DNA of 64,000 bases from Patescibacteria group bacterium (GTDB lineage Bacteria > Patescibacteriota > Microgenomatia > Daviesbacterales > UBA10151), in NCBI GenBank assembly GCA_023379125.1, contig JAMCSY010000011.1, positions 5,333 to 69,332 of the forward strand, in the 5' to 3' direction. This document shows, one piece after another, positions 41,085 through 52,022 of this stretch. How positions within the stretch are numbered: the first letter of the stretch is position 1; each line of letters begins with the position of its first letter. Made by a program: the position numbers and the translations under genes. Below the pieces are notes generated by a model, which saw only the letters and a program-made list of their open reading frames with translations, ran no database searches and was not told the origin of the DNA.

Positions 41085-41831
41085 ATGGATAAATTCCCAA
41101 AAGTAGCAGCAATAGTTTTGGCTGGAGGAAAGGGGACTAGAATGAACTCCGATCTCCCCAAGGTCTTGCACAAGATTCAAGGCAAACCAATCGTTTCCCA
41201 CACTATTTTAGTTTTGGAAAAAATTGGCTTAGGGCATATCAACGTCGTGACTGGATATAAAGCTGAACTAGTTAAGAAAACTTTAGGGAAAAACCTAAAT
41301 TATTCTTTACAAAGTGAACCTCTTGGCACTGGCCATGCTGTACTTTCTGCATTACCTTCAATACCCAAAAACATTACAGATATTATTGTCATTAATGGTG
41401 ACGACTCTGCTTTTTATAGGCCTGAGACGATTTCCAATATTATCCGCCAACACCAACAATTAAACATGGCTATGACTATCGTTACCACGATTAACGAAGA
41501 AGCTGCAGTGTCTGGGAGAGTAATTCGTAATCAGTATGGCAAAATAATTGGGGTTAAGGCAAACTCTAAGCTAACTCCTGCAGAATTAGCCTCAAATCAT
41601 GAAATGGTCTGTGGGCTATATTTATTTAAGCGTCATTTTTTAGAAGAGCACTTACCAAAAGTTGAGTTTAGTCCCAAAGGAGAGTATAATATAACGGCCT
41701 TAATTTCTACAGCTATAGGCCTATCTGAATTACATGATATCAGATTAGAAAATCCCCAAGAGTGGCAAAGTATTAATACTCAAAGGGAATTGCAAAAAGC
41801 TCGGAAATTATGGAAAAGTTTCAAAGGATAA
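41085..41831 (+). CDS. Sugar-phosphate nucleotidyltransferase (GlmU N-terminal domain only)
   Basis: VLAGGKGTRMNSDLPKVLH, QSEPLGTGHAV, NGD, GEY; no hexapeptide acetyltransferase domain. Confidence 0.85.
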   Translation: MDKFPKVAAIVLAGGKGTRMNSDLPKVLHKIQGKPIVSHTILVLEKIGLGHINVVTGYKAELVKKTLGKNLNYSLQSEPLGTGHAVLSALPSIPKNITDIIVINGDDSAFYRPETISNIIRQHQQLNMAMTIVTTINEEAAVSGRVIRNQYGKIIGVKANSKLTPAELASNHEMVCGLYLFKRHFLEEHLPKVEFSPKGEYNITALISTAIGLSELHDIRLENPQEWQSINTQRELQKARKLWKSFKG

Positions 41832-41834
41832 CTA

Positions 41835-42872
41835 ATGACAGAAAACATCGATATCAGACAAAGAGCTGACTTTCATGTACATCTTGGAAAAAGAACCGAG
41901 GAAGATGTTCTGGCTGAAGCAGTACGCAATCATGTTTCAGTGATAGCTCTGTTAGACCGTGGTGAAGTAAGGATTAATAGGCTGCAGAGAGCTCAGGAAC
42001 TAGGCAGAGAAACAGGTGTAACTGTAATTCCAGCAATTGAGAGTTTTACTGCTTTCCCTTATCAAGATCAAGAAATATTAATGGAATTTATCGGCCTAGA
42101 TTTCGACTTAGATCATTCCATAATCAAACGAACTTTTGATCCATTTAGCGAAGTCCAGATGGCCAATCTCAGCAGAAAAGTGGCTTTCCAAAAAAACTAC
42201 ATCGAATCAGTAGGTTTCTCCGTTAATCATACAGACTCTAACAACAGAAGCTGGCTAGAAATCAGTAGTGGTCGTGTTGCTGAAACTGCTATTGAGATCT
42301 GTAAAATTGCAGCTGGAGACCCAGCTAACGAAGATTTATTATTATCCCTGCAAGGACAATTTAGACATCATTTTCTCATTCGACCACAGGATGCTCCTAC
42401 TAACCCCGAGGATCCATCTCAAACACAACTCTCAGTCGCTAAAGCTTTATATTGGCAACACTTTGCTCCTGGTCGACCAGGATTCAAACGTTGGTACCTA
42501 CCATTTGAGGAGATTAGGGACACTATTCACCAAGGCCAAGGTGTAATTGTGGTCGCTCATCCAAAATTTGAACATAAACCTGGAGAAGTTAGAATCCAAG
42601 ACATTTTACCAGAAATTCTCGAGGCAGGCGTTGACGGTGTTGAAGGTTGGGACGCTGGTAAGCTTGACCGTCATTTAGCAAGGATTGCTTTATCTCAAAA
42701 TAAGCTTGTTCTGGGTGGGAGTGGAAAAGACGCTAGTAGATATAAAAATCGAGAAATTGGTCTAGGTGATAACAGTGATCCAGAAAATCCTGCTCCTATG
42801 TTCATACCTCCCAGACTACTTAACAAAATTAGAGAATATAAAGCTAGCCATTCTGTGCCTAGTAGTAGATAA
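41835..42872 (+). CDS. PHP-family metallophosphoesterase, divergent
   Basis: DFHVH, IPAIE, VVAHP, GVDGVE, LGGS. Confidence 0.65.
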   Translation: MTENIDIRQRADFHVHLGKRTEEDVLAEAVRNHVSVIALLDRGEVRINRLQRAQELGRETGVTVIPAIESFTAFPYQDQEILMEFIGLDFDLDHSIIKRTFDPFSEVQMANLSRKVAFQKNYIESVGFSVNHTDSNNRSWLEISSGRVAETAIEICKIAAGDPANEDLLLSLQGQFRHHFLIRPQDAPTNPEDPSQTQLSVAKALYWQHFAPGRPGFKRWYLPFEEIRDTIHQGQGVIVVAHPKFEHKPGEVRIQDILPEILEAGVDGVEGWDAGKLDRHLARIALSQNKLVLGGSGKDASRYKNREIGLGDNSDPENPAPMFIPPRLLNKIREYKASHSVPSSR

Positions 42873-42893
42873 GTTGTATACTATATCCACAAA

Positions 42894-43589
42894 ATGCTTG
42901 ATCATCAGATATTGAGGAACGCTTATCAAAACTTCATTTTAAACGTATACGGTAAGCAGATTTCTATTCCATATCGAATTAACTTACCTCCAATTAAATA
43001 TTCAGTAGATAACAAACACCGTAGAGGCAAAAGCTCTCCTCGACAGATCACCAAACAGCTAAAAATAGATGCTGAGGAGCAAGGTTTTAACTTACAAAAA
43101 GCTACTCCAAAACAGGTTAGGCAGTTCATGATCAAAAACAAACTAGGCTTAGATTGTTCCGGATTTGCTTATCAAATGATTAATAAAGTACTCAAGCAAC
43201 TACACAAGGGGACTCTCGTTCAAGCTGGTTTACCCCGTGTTACCCGAACTAATGTGGAGATATTAACTTCAAATCAATTTTCTGTGCCTGTTAGCAGTAC
43301 CGAGGACATAGAACCAGGAGATTTAATCAAACTAGCCTCAAGCCAGAAAATTCCTCATGTGGTAATTGTGATTAAAAAGACACCTTCTGAAATCGTTTAT
43401 GCACACTCAAGTGATTCCACTACAGAATCTGGAGTTCATCTTGGAAAAATAATTATCACTAATCCTAAATGGGGGATAGAGAAACAAACATGGGAGGAAA
43501 AAACTCATAATAACCAATCCTACCAAAGTTTATATATCCCTCAATATGGAGATAAGGTAGTTAGACTAAAAACTTTACTGAATCATTAA
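42894..43589 (+). CDS. NlpC/P60-like cysteine hydrolase
   Basis: GLDCSGF, PGDLI, HVVIV, YAHSS. Confidence 0.75.
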   Translation: MLDHQILRNAYQNFILNVYGKQISIPYRINLPPIKYSVDNKHRRGKSSPRQITKQLKIDAEEQGFNLQKATPKQVRQFMIKNKLGLDCSGFAYQMINKVLKQLHKGTLVQAGLPRVTRTNVEILTSNQFSVPVSSTEDIEPGDLIKLASSQKIPHVVIVIKKTPSEIVYAHSSDSTTESGVHLGKIIITNPKWGIEKQTWEEKTHNNQSYQSLYIPQYGDKVVRLKTLLNH

Positions 43590-43817
43590 CTAGGTTTAGT
43601 AAGTAATACTACAAATCTCCTAAATATTAATGTAAGTCGCTTGCTTGATAATTCCAGAACAGATATAATAAGATGTGCTTCTGAAAAAGGCTGAGTTGTA
43701 CTGAATTTACGATCATTAGACAAAATTCTCAATTGACAAAAGAAAGGCAGTAATAGACTTTTTGGCAGAAAATACTATATAACAGAACAAGATCGATCGG
43801 AAAAGTCTAAACAAAAG

Positions 43818-46343
43818 ATGAGTAGTATTGGAAAAATTGAGCCAGCGCCAATAGTGGAGGAGATGAAACGCTCCTATTTGGACTATGCTATGTCCGTAAT
43901 TGTGCAACGAGCTCTTCCAGATGTTCGAGACGGTCTAAAACCAGTTCAAAGAAGAATTGTTTACTCTATGCAAGAGCAGGGAATTCACCACAGCGCTAGA
44001 TATCAAAAAAGTGCTGCTGTGGTAGGCGATGTCCTCAAAAACTATCACCCCCATGGAGATGTACCTGTCTATGATGCGATGGTCAGAATGGCTCAGGATT
44101 TTTCCATGAGATATATGCTAGTAGATGGACAAGGAAATTTTGGCTCAGTCGATGGTGACTCTCCAGCAGCGATGCGATATACCGAAGCCAGGCTCTCTGC
44201 GATTGCTGATGAGCTCCTCCGAGACATTAACAAAAATACTGTTGATTATATTGATAACTATTCTGGCACTACTAAGGAGCCTACTGTATTACCTTCAGTG
44301 ATACCAAATCTCTTACTTAATGGTGCCTCAGGAATTGCTGTTGGCATGGCAACTCAAATCCCTCCTCATAACTTGGGTGAAGTAATCGATGCTCTAAATT
44401 ACATGATTGATCATCCTGCTAAAGAGGAAACAAATGGGCAAGCGAAACCTACCCCAGACGGAATTGTTCTACCTTCCACAAATAAATTTGAATCTGAGAC
44501 AACTGTTGAAGAACTGATGCAGTTTATTAAAGGGCCAGATTTTCCCACTGGTGCTTCAATATATGACTGCGCAGAAATTTTGGCTGCTTATGCGACAGGT
44601 CGTGGCAGAATTGTGATGCGAGCCAAAGCAGAAATTGAAGAAGCCAAAAATGGCCGTTTTGACATTATTATTTCTGAACTGCCATATCAGGTAAATAAAG
44701 CAGTTTTAGTAACTAGAATTGCTGACTTACATAAGGAAAGAAAAATCGAAGGAATCGCTGATTTAAGGGATGAATCAGACAGAAGGGGAATGAGAGTTGT
44801 AATTGAACTCAAACGTGACGCTAACCCTAAATCTGTTTTAAATAACCTCTTTAAGCATACTGCCATGCAATCTGTTTTTAACGTGAACATGGTGGCCTTA
44901 GTTGATGGAGTGCCCCATCTTTTGCCTCTCAAACATGTTTTAGAGGAATTTATTTCTCATCGGCAGAGTATTGTCACCAGGCGCTCAGAATTTGAATTAG
45001 CAGAAGCCAAAGCCAGAGCCCATATTTTAGAGGGACTCAAGATCGCAGTGGATCATATTGACGCGGTCATTGATACCATCCGCAAAAGTCAAGATGCCGA
45101 TGAAGCAAAGAAAAATTTAATCGTACGTTTCAAATTATCTGACTTACAAGCACAAGCTATTTTAGACATGCAATTGCGTCGTCTGGCAGCACTAGAGCGG
45201 CAAAAAATCGAAGATGAGCTAAGCTTGGTCAGAGAAACAATTACTTATCTGGAAGATTTACTTGCTCATCCTGAAAAAATCCTTAAAGTCATCAAGGAAG
45301 AGCTGACTAAAATTAAGGATAAATATGGTGATGATCGCCGTACCAGAGTTTATAAACAAAAAGTTGGTGAGTTCTCTGAGGAAGATTTGATTACTGATGA
45401 ACCCACTATTGTGACTATTACCGAAAGTGGTTATATCAAACGTCAACCACCTTCTACTTTTCGAGTCCAGGCACGCGGTGGTAAGGGTGTTTCCGGAATG
45501 AATACCAAAGATGAGGATGCAGTAACTCATATCTTTTATCCCAAAACCTTAGATAATATCTTATTCTTTACTGATCGAGGACGAGTTTTTCAGATTAAAG
45601 TCTGGGAAATTCCTGAAGCCTCTCGGGCTGCCCGCGGGCAAGCAATTGTTAACTTAATCAATGTTGACCAAGGTGAAAGAATTACGGCAATTTGGACCTT
45701 AAGACAAAAAGATACTGCAAAGTTTTTGTTTATGTGTACAAAACAGGGTAATGTTAAAAAAACTCCAATTGAAGAGTATGCTTCAATTAGGAAAAATGGT
45801 CTAGTGTCAATTAACTTAGACAAGGGAGATACTCTAGGTTGGGTTTGGCCCACCTCAGGTAAAGATGAGTTGATTATTGTTTCTCAAGGAGGACAATCAA
45901 TTAGATTCTCAGAAAACGATGTTCGTCCGACTCATCGGGATACTTCCGGAGTTCGCGGCATTAAATTAGCAAGTAGTGACAGTGTAGTTTCTTTGAATAA
46001 AATTGAAAACATTACCTCAAATCAATTACTTGTGGTTATGGAAAATGGCTTAGGTAAGAAAACTAATGTTTCTGCTTGGGCCAGGCAGGGGAGGGGAGGC
46101 ATGGGTGTAAAAGGAGCTCAAGTGACCTCAAAAACAGGACAAATTGTAACAGCCCAAATTGTGGATCAAGACGGAGAAACTCTAGTCTTAACTTCCAATA
46201 AAGGGCAGATTATTAAAATTGGTATTAAGGATGTCCCTACCCTACAAAGACAAACACAGGGAGTTATTCTGATGCGGATGAGAGAAGGGGAGAAGGTAGC
46301 AGCGGCAGCGGTCATTTCTCCCAGCAAAGAACCAGCTAGCTAA
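43818..46343 (+). CDS. gyrA: DNA gyrase subunit A
   Basis: [29 protein letters not shown], GyrA box QARGGKG. Confidence 0.97.
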   Translation: MSSIGKIEPAPIVEEMKRSYLDYAMSVIVQRALPDVRDGLKPVQRRIVYSMQEQGIHHSARYQKSAAVVGDVLKNYHPHGDVPVYDAMVRMAQDFSMRYMLVDGQGNFGSVDGDSPAAMRYTEARLSAIADELLRDINKNTVDYIDNYSGTTKEPTVLPSVIPNLLLNGASGIAVGMATQIPPHNLGEVIDALNYMIDHPAKEETNGQAKPTPDGIVLPSTNKFESETTVEELMQFIKGPDFPTGASIYDCAEILAAYATGRGRIVMRAKAEIEEAKNGRFDIIISELPYQVNKAVLVTRIADLHKERKIEGIADLRDESDRRGMRVVIELKRDANPKSVLNNLFKHTAMQSVFNVNMVALVDGVPHLLPLKHVLEEFISHRQSIVTRRSEFELAEAKARAHILEGLKIAVDHIDAVIDTIRKSQDADEAKKNLIVRFKLSDLQAQAILDMQLRRLAALERQKIEDELSLVRETITYLEDLLAHPEKILKVIKEELTKIKDKYGDDRRTRVYKQKVGEFSEEDLITDEPTIVTITESGYIKRQPPSTFRVQARGGKGVSGMNTKDEDAVTHIFYPKTLDNILFFTDRGRVFQIKVWEIPEASRAARGQAIVNLINVDQGERITAIWTLRQKDTAKFLFMCTKQGNVKKTPIEEYASIRKNGLVSINLDKGDTLGWVWPTSGKDELIIVSQGGQSIRFSENDVRPTHRDTSGVRGIKLASSDSVVSLNKIENITSNQLLVVMENGLGKKTNVSAWARQGRGGMGVKGAQVTSKTGQIVTAQIVDQDGETLVLTSNKGQIIKIGIKDVPTLQRQTQGVILMRMREGEKVAAAAVISPSKEPAS

Positions 46344-46374
46344 CAAACTGTGAGTTTTTTGTTAAACTATATCC

Positions 46375-46590
46375 ATGAAGCGTTTTGAAAGGTATGTTGC
46401 TGCCTTTTTTATTAGTTATTTTTTCATTGGATTGCTTTTTGCTAGCCTTTATGCTCTGTTTTACCATTGGAGTGCTTTTTCCTTTTTTAGCCCTGGATTC
46501 TACATGGTTTTACTAACCTGGCCAGCTCAGCTACCCGGTTTTTTTGCTGATTTTCAATATTATGGTTTTGCTGGAAAAACTTTGCCCTAA
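46375..46590 (+). CDS. Small membrane protein
   Basis: 71-aa hydrophobic ORF, TGtTAAACT 6 nt upstream. Confidence 0.65.
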   Translation: MKRFERYVAAFFISYFFIGLLFASLYALFYHWSAFSFFSPGFYMVLLTWPAQLPGFFADFQYYGFAGKTLP

Positions 46591-46642
46591 ATAGTCCAAA
46601 AAAACTGGCTTTTTGACTCTTTTTGTGCTACAATTAAAGCCC

Positions 46643-46894
46643 TTGAGAAAGAAAACTTCTACTAAACATCCTGCCAAGATTTGTGCTGAGTGTGGCAGTG
46701 AACTAATTTTTGTGGAAGAAATCACTATGACAGTTGGCAACGCCCTTTCTCCAGTTACCAAAACTATTTATCATTGTTCTAATCAAACCTGTCAGGAAGA
46801 ATCAGAAAGAAAAGAAGCTCAGCGACGTGAGTTTAGACTACAGCAAGAAACTTTAAAACAAAATCGCCTCAACAACCGTCACAGTACTAAATGA
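46643..46894 (+). CDS. Small Zn-ribbon-like protein
   Basis: CAEC...CSNQTC plus charged helix; likely TTG start at 46643 after TGcTACAAT. Confidence 0.6.
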   Translation: MRKKTSTKHPAKICAECGSELIFVEEITMTVGNALSPVTKTIYHCSNQTCQEESERKEAQRREFRLQQETLKQNRLNNRHSTK

Positions 46895-46994
46895 ATCCCT
46901 TCCCGCCGTAAACAACTGGGTATCCCTAAAAGGGAAAGTTCTTTCGAGCGTTCATCCACACGGTAAGCCGCAAGGTATTCTCGCCCAAAATAAA
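46891..46994 (+). mobile_element. Structured repeat family B, degenerate copy
   Basis: Shares landmarks ATGAA...GGTATCC...TTCATCCA...GGTATTCT...ATAAA with 54677-54792 and 58656-58769. Confidence 0.5.
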
Positions 46995-47062
46995 GTTCCC
47001 AATCCACACCTTCTGCGAATTTTATACATTTCCCTGCTCTATAAATAAAAGCATGGTAAAGA

Positions 47063-47107
47063 TTTCGCACACTAAAGGTCTGCGCAGTTTTGACGAAGCG
47101 GTTATAA
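47063..47107 (+). repeat. Truncated family A end, in tandem with copy 3
   Basis: CGCACACTAAAGGTCTGCG hairpin followed by GTTTTGACGAAGCGGTTATAA; the TTATAA is shared with the next copy. Confidence 0.65.
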
Positions 47108-47244
47108 GCTTTCCAGACTGAAAGTCCGGGGTTTCCTCTGGCTAGCTTTCAAGCGCTTCGCTACCCGTTTGCCAGTAAAACTTGAAACCTACTTCGTCTA
47201 CATCCACGAGCTCTCAGCTCGTGGTTTTGACGAAGCGGTTATAA
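47102..47244 (+). mobile_element. Structured repeat family A, copy 3
   Basis: Near-identical to 11576-11721; TTATAA ends. Confidence 0.8.
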
Positions 47245-47251
47245 TAAACTC

Positions 47252-48094
47252 ATGCCAAAAATTGGTGCTCACGTTTCTTCTGCTGGAGGATTAGAAAAAT
47301 CTTTTGATAAGGCCTTGGAGATTGGGGCAGAGTGTACCCAAATTTTTATTTCTCCACCACAACAATGGTTGGAAAAAACTCATCCTCAAGAAGAAATTGA
47401 TAGATACACAAAAAAAGCAGCGGAAACTCAAATTGGACCAAACTTTATCCATGCCACTTATTTGACAAATTTAGCTTCGGCCAATCCTGATTTTGTGAGA
47501 AAAGCAATTTCCTGGCTTGTTTATTCCCAAAAAACAGCTGAAAAATTGAGAATAGCAGGGACTATTTTCCATATTGGTTCAGCTAAAGAAAAAACCACCC
47601 AAGAAGCAGTGCAGCAAGTTATTAGCAATATTCAGCAAATTCTCTCTCAAACTGGGCAAGTAAATCTAATTTTGGAAACATCAGCTGGAGCAGGTAACAC
47701 GGTGGGAGATAGCTTGGAAGAATTAGAGCAAATCATCTCCGCAATTAATGATCCCAGATTAAAAATTTGTTTAGATACTCAGCACATGTTTGCTTCTGGA
47801 TATGGTTTAACCACTCCTGGGGCTGTGGCAAAAGTTGCTCAGCAAATAGAACAGACAATTACCTTTACTAAGATTATCGCCGTTCATGCTAATGATTCCA
47901 AGGTGGAGTTGAATAGCCATAAAGATAGGCATGAGAATATTGGCCAAGGTTTAATTGGTCTAGCAGGCTTTCGAGCTTTAATTAACCATCCACAGTTTGC
48001 CCAAATTCCTTTCATCCTGGAGGTCCCCGGGATGGGAAACCAAGGCCCTGATAAAGTTAATGTTGATTTGTTGAAGTCTTTACGCACCAACTAG
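47252..48094 (+). CDS. nfo: Endonuclease IV
   Basis: IGAHVS, HATYLTNL, LETSAG, CLDTQH, HANDS, DRHENIG. Confidence 0.95.
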   Translation: MPKIGAHVSSAGGLEKSFDKALEIGAECTQIFISPPQQWLEKTHPQEEIDRYTKKAAETQIGPNFIHATYLTNLASANPDFVRKAISWLVYSQKTAEKLRIAGTIFHIGSAKEKTTQEAVQQVISNIQQILSQTGQVNLILETSAGAGNTVGDSLEELEQIISAINDPRLKICLDTQHMFASGYGLTTPGAVAKVAQQIEQTITFTKIIAVHANDSKVELNSHKDRHENIGQGLIGLAGFRALINHPQFAQIPFILEVPGMGNQGPDKVNVDLLKSLRTN

Positions 48095-48133
48095 CTTGCA
48101 TTCTTTCTAACTGGTTGATAAACTCGCCCTATT

Positions 48134-48961
48134 ATGAATGAGGCTGTTTCCCATCGAGATCAGATCTTAGGATATTCACGACAAGCTTATCAGGATTTAC
48201 AAAGTTGGTGGCAACTGCTGAGTAGATCTCTACCTGACCACAAACTACTTTGTCAGATTGCTGAGCACAATTATAGTGATGACGTGATTGCATCAACTTT
48301 TCGTCGAGCTAGTCCAACTACGATTCTACTGGAGACAGAATTTAGTGAGATTGCTGGCCCACTTTTTAATCGCCCGGTGAGAACATTTGATACTGCTATA
48401 CTTTACAGGGTAACTCCAGAGTGCAATTTCACGCACAATTTTGGTGTTTATTCCTTATATTTTCTCCCTCTTAATAAAAGGCATGTCGCAAGAGATCAGG
48501 ATTGTGAGTACGTCAGGTTAGCAGCAGGCTATCCATTTCATCATCTTTCATTGACTTTAGGTGAAGGTATGGATCAACTACGCTCGCTTGATGTTCGCTT
48601 ACGCAGTAGTCGACCCACTGAAAATGTCAGAACATTACAAATTTCTCTAGATAGTGACTCTGTTTGGACTATTGTCCAAACTGCTAGAGACAATACATAT
48701 TTTAAAAACCCATTAGACCACAAACTTCAAGACAGAGCCTCTAGTCACCGACCATCCCAACGTTTTTCTTATCAGCATCTAGCCTATGAGCACTTGTGTT
48801 CATTTGGGTATGACCGTAGTAATTACCTCAGAATGAGCCCGTGGCAAGATCTTTTATTTCCTAACAAATTCTATTCCTTTTGTCCTTATCCTGGATTTAA
48901 TGTTGGGGAAGCAATTATCAGAGCCTGTCACTTTCAGTCAGCCATCAAGCCAGCTCCCTAG
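48134..48961 (+). CDS. Hypothetical protein
   Basis: 275-aa ORF with upstream TGaTAAACT; no family recognised. Confidence 0.6.
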   Translation: MNEAVSHRDQILGYSRQAYQDLQSWWQLLSRSLPDHKLLCQIAEHNYSDDVIASTFRRASPTTILLETEFSEIAGPLFNRPVRTFDTAILYRVTPECNFTHNFGVYSLYFLPLNKRHVARDQDCEYVRLAAGYPFHHLSLTLGEGMDQLRSLDVRLRSSRPTENVRTLQISLDSDSVWTIVQTARDNTYFKNPLDHKLQDRASSHRPSQRFSYQHLAYEHLCSFGYDRSNYLRMSPWQDLLFPNKFYSFCPYPGFNVGEAIIRACHFQSAIKPAP

Positions 48962-49884
48962 CTAATCTTCTTGATATTCCCTGAATGGAAAGCTTTATGG
49001 ATATCCTTTAAGTGTCTGTTGGTAACATGGGTGTAGATTTGAGTTGTGGCAATATTACTGTGCCCAAGCATTTCTTGAACTGATCTAATATCTGCTCCAT
49101 TAATCAGCAAATCTGTGGCAAATGAATGTCTAAGGGTATGGGGGGTTGCCTTTATTGATAACCCTACTGCTTTAACATATTTTTCTACGATTCTTTCGAT
49201 TGAGCGGGGAGTGAGTCTCATTTTTTCACCATTGTCTTCTGAATTTTCCTTTCCTTGAAACCTAATGAAAAGTGGTTGATATGGATCATGCCTACCATGT
49301 AGATACTCACCCAACCACTTTAAAGCTGAATCAGATAAAAATACTACTCTCTCTTTGGAACCTTTACCTATCACACTAAACTCAGTCCGGTTTAAATTAA
49401 TAGTGTCTCTATTCAGGCTAGCTAGTTCCGAAACCCTTAAACCAGTGGAAAAGAGTAATTCTAACAAAGCCCGGTCACGCAATCCCGCTTTGTCTAGCAC
49501 ATCTGGCGCTTCAAGCAATTTCTGCAATGCGTCTTCATCGAGTACTTTAATAGGGGAGGCTTCTGTTTCACCTAACTCCACTTTTTCTGCCGAGAGACTG
49601 TTGATATCGTGCCTGGCTAGATACCGGAGAAATGCCCTTAATGCAATCATAAAATAGTTTTGAGTCACTCTCTTGAGAGGCTTTTTTGTTTCTGGATCAA
49701 CGAATCTTCCCAAGTAAAGACGATATTTTCTGACTAGCCCCAAATCAATCTTATTTGGCTCGATATCCCCAGCAAAACCTAAAAATCTTTTTAAATAGTG
49801 ATCGTAATTTTGAATTGTTTTTTGCGAGGCATTACGTTCAATTTCTAAATATTCAAGGAAATCAGTGATGGATGAAGAGATCAT
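48958..49884 (-). CDS. xerC: Xer-family tyrosine recombinase
   Basis: LFSTGLRVSEL, GKGSKER, TPHTLRHSFATDLL, LGHSNIATTQIY; XerC/XerD/XerA subtype not resolvable by eye. Confidence 0.88.
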   Translation of the reverse strand: MISSSITDFLEYLEIERNASQKTIQNYDHYLKRFLGFAGDIEPNKIDLGLVRKYRLYLGRFVDPETKKPLKRVTQNYFMIALRAFLRYLARHDINSLSAEKVELGETEASPIKVLDEDALQKLLEAPDVLDKAGLRDRALLELLFSTGLRVSELASLNRDTINLNRTEFSVIGKGSKERVVFLSDSALKWLGEYLHGRHDPYQPLFIRFQGKENSEDNGEKMRLTPRSIERIVEKYVKAVGLSIKATPHTLRHSFATDLLINGADIRSVQEMLGHSNIATTQIYTHVTNRHLKDIHKAFHSGNIKKIS

Positions 49885-49911
49885 CTTAAGGCTATTTTAG
49901 CACAGCCTAAA

Positions 49912-50619
49912 CTAGAGCAGAGCAAGCCCAGCAATCGCGATCAAGACTAATATTGCCCCAGCTCCAGCGAGCATCCAAGTAGGTGTAAAATTACCACTGG
50001 CTGGCAAAGTCACAGTCGCAGATTCACTGGATGAAGTATCAGTCACCGAGGGAGCTCCTTGAGCAGCTGTCGCCAGACAACTACCAGAACCAACAGTGTA
50101 GTTACCATCAGTTACACTACTTAAAATATCATTAGTTGTACCGCGTTGCACAATATTTGAATCTGTTGTTTTAGTTTTATCATTTGGGTCAAAATCAAAC
50201 TTGAGCTGGGTTGCTCCAGCTGGAGCATTATCCAGTACAGTGAAGTCAATTGTGGCTAAAGTACCGCTACCAGAAAAAGCCTGGGTGGTTGAGGAAACTC
50301 CGGTAATAGATATCTTACCGTTTTGTTGATCGATAAAGTTACTGGCTGTTGGATAATCAGGATAAAGGCTACCCGAAGTCAGCTTCACCGCCCTAAACCT
50401 AGTAGGATCATAAAAGATTACTGCATCAACTCCATCAGTTTGCACACCAGCAGTGTTAACCACCACACTAACAGTAAAGGAACAACTATGGTTAAAGGTG
50501 CCCGTTGAAGGTGAGACAGCTAAAGATGCACCTGCAGTTTGAGCTAAGACCAAAGTAGGAGAAATGCTAAAAAGAAAAATAGAGAATATAGATGATATAA
50601 AGGCAGTAATTTTTTTCAC
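49912..50619 (-). CDS. Cohesin-domain surface protein with LPxSG sortase-like signal and C-terminal TM
   Basis: Signal peptide, DGVDAVIFYDP...GTLATIDF cohesin pattern, LPASG then hydrophobic tail. Confidence 0.75.
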   Translation of the reverse strand: MKKITAFISSIFSIFLFSISPTLVLAQTAGASLAVSPSTGTFNHSCSFTVSVVVNTAGVQTDGVDAVIFYDPTRFRAVKLTSGSLYPDYPTASNFIDQQNGKISITGVSSTTQAFSGSGTLATIDFTVLDNAPAGATQLKFDFDPNDKTKTTDSNIVQRGTTNDILSSVTDGNYTVGSGSCLATAAQGAPSVTDTSSSESATVTLPASGNFTPTWMLAGAGAILVLIAIAGLALL

Positions 50620-51218
50620 TTGATTATATTTACAGTTAAGTTTTGCACTCGATCTAAAATATTATTACCTGATTTAAAGTCTATCACATATGAGTCTATC
50701 GTGCTACCCGGGGTAAAATCAAGACTGATTTTAGCTGTTCCCGGAGTCTTAGCCACAAAATTGATACTACCGATTGGACCATTGTTCACAACTCCAATCG
50801 TCTCAGCTGAGACGCCTGAAAGCACAATCCGACCATTACGACTATCTAATCGGTTGATAGGATACCTTTCATAAACTACATTTCCTCCTACAGGCATATT
50901 ATTGTTTTGTGGAACAATTGCTAGTAAGTCTGGATCATAACTTACCACGACATTTGTTTGTCTAGTAGGCTGAGTGCTATGTAGATTTATATTGACTTGG
51001 AAACTTTGGCCAACACTAACTAAGTTGTTATCAGTAGTTAAACTAATTTCGGTATTGGTGTTAATAGCCACTTCATTTTTTCCAGCAGCATTTGAGTTAA
51101 AACTTTGCCTTTGACTAGCCAAATTAACACCAAAAGGCACTGCTAAAACTAAAATACCAACAATGAGAAAAGAGGCAAGATTTTTCTTGGAGAGTAGCAA
51201 CTTTAAATTTGGATCCAT
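50616..51218 (-). CDS. Membrane-anchored cohesin-domain protein
   Basis: N-terminal TM, VGQSFQVNI...VSYDPDLL...GSINFVAKTPGTAKISLDF. Confidence 0.75.
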   Translation of the reverse strand: MDPNLKLLLSKKNLASFLIVGILVLAVPFGVNLASQRQSFNSNAAGKNEVAINTNTEISLTTDNNLVSVGQSFQVNINLHSTQPTRQTNVVVSYDPDLLAIVPQNNNMPVGGNVVYERYPINRLDSRNGRIVLSGVSAETIGVVNNGPIGSINFVAKTPGTAKISLDFTPGSTIDSYVIDFKSGNNILDRVQNLTVNIIK

Positions 51219-51994
51219 CTAGCTATTTCTTCTTACGATACAGTGTAGTTTTTATAATCTGTAGTTGTCAACAGTTTTTGGCATATTTTTTGCAGTTATG
51301 CAAACTAAATAGGGAAGTGTCTAAATCAAGACTTACAAGATCATCAAAATATAATCTCCAATCACGCGTTGCTTAATTCATAAACAACTAGGTAGTTGAC
51401 AACTTATGTTGGAATCAAACTTTAATATTGTGCGACATCGAGAATTTTTATTTATAATCTTACAAACGGCTTTTAAAAACCAAAAATGTTCAAGAAATCA
51501 GGTCTAAGTTAAACATAGTGAAAAAGATCAAAATATAATATTGCGTAATAGCACTAGTTAAAACGACTTTAGTACAAAGAGCGCACATCTTTTAAAACCC
51601 AACAACTAAACCTCAGCTAAATAGTTTTTCTGCTTTAGTCAATACAATCCTAAGAAGAATGTACAAATCAAGTTCTTTACACAATCAGCCATCCTAACCT
51701 ATTTTATCCAAAATAAGACTCCTAGAGGTATTTAGCCTCGAGGCCCGTAAAGGCCCCTAAAACGGCTGGAAACGGGGGAAGATGACTAGTTAGTCATCTA
51801 TAGATTAGACTGTCTCAAAGCCCTAAGTGTTAATTTTAAGAAGTTATTAATAGAGGGGCAAAAATTATCGAAAAAAATTGATAGGAAATTAGTAAAAATA
51901 GGTACAGGTTTATTAAACTTACAAAATTAATTATTTTTTATTAAATACTTTTTTAAAGCAAGTTGACCACTTCTCCGGCTACTAGGCATATACG

Positions 51995-52022
51995 TCGTCG
52001 TATAAGGTACATTGTGCGACAT
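51995..52022 (-). other. dif-like Xer recombination site
   Basis: 11-6-11 layout ATGTCGCACAA-TGTACC-TTATACGACGA, quasi-palindromic, resembles the E. coli dif XerC arm and spacer; in a 1.4-kb noncoding gap ~2 kb from xer. Confidence 0.7.

Noticed and set aside
46879-47070. 63-aa ORF or transposase fragment
   Set aside because: It is the antisense reading of stacked repeat elements; no HUH motif
48958-49884. Prophage or island integrase
   Set aside because: Compact Xer-like size and motifs; no phage genes or att duplication seen
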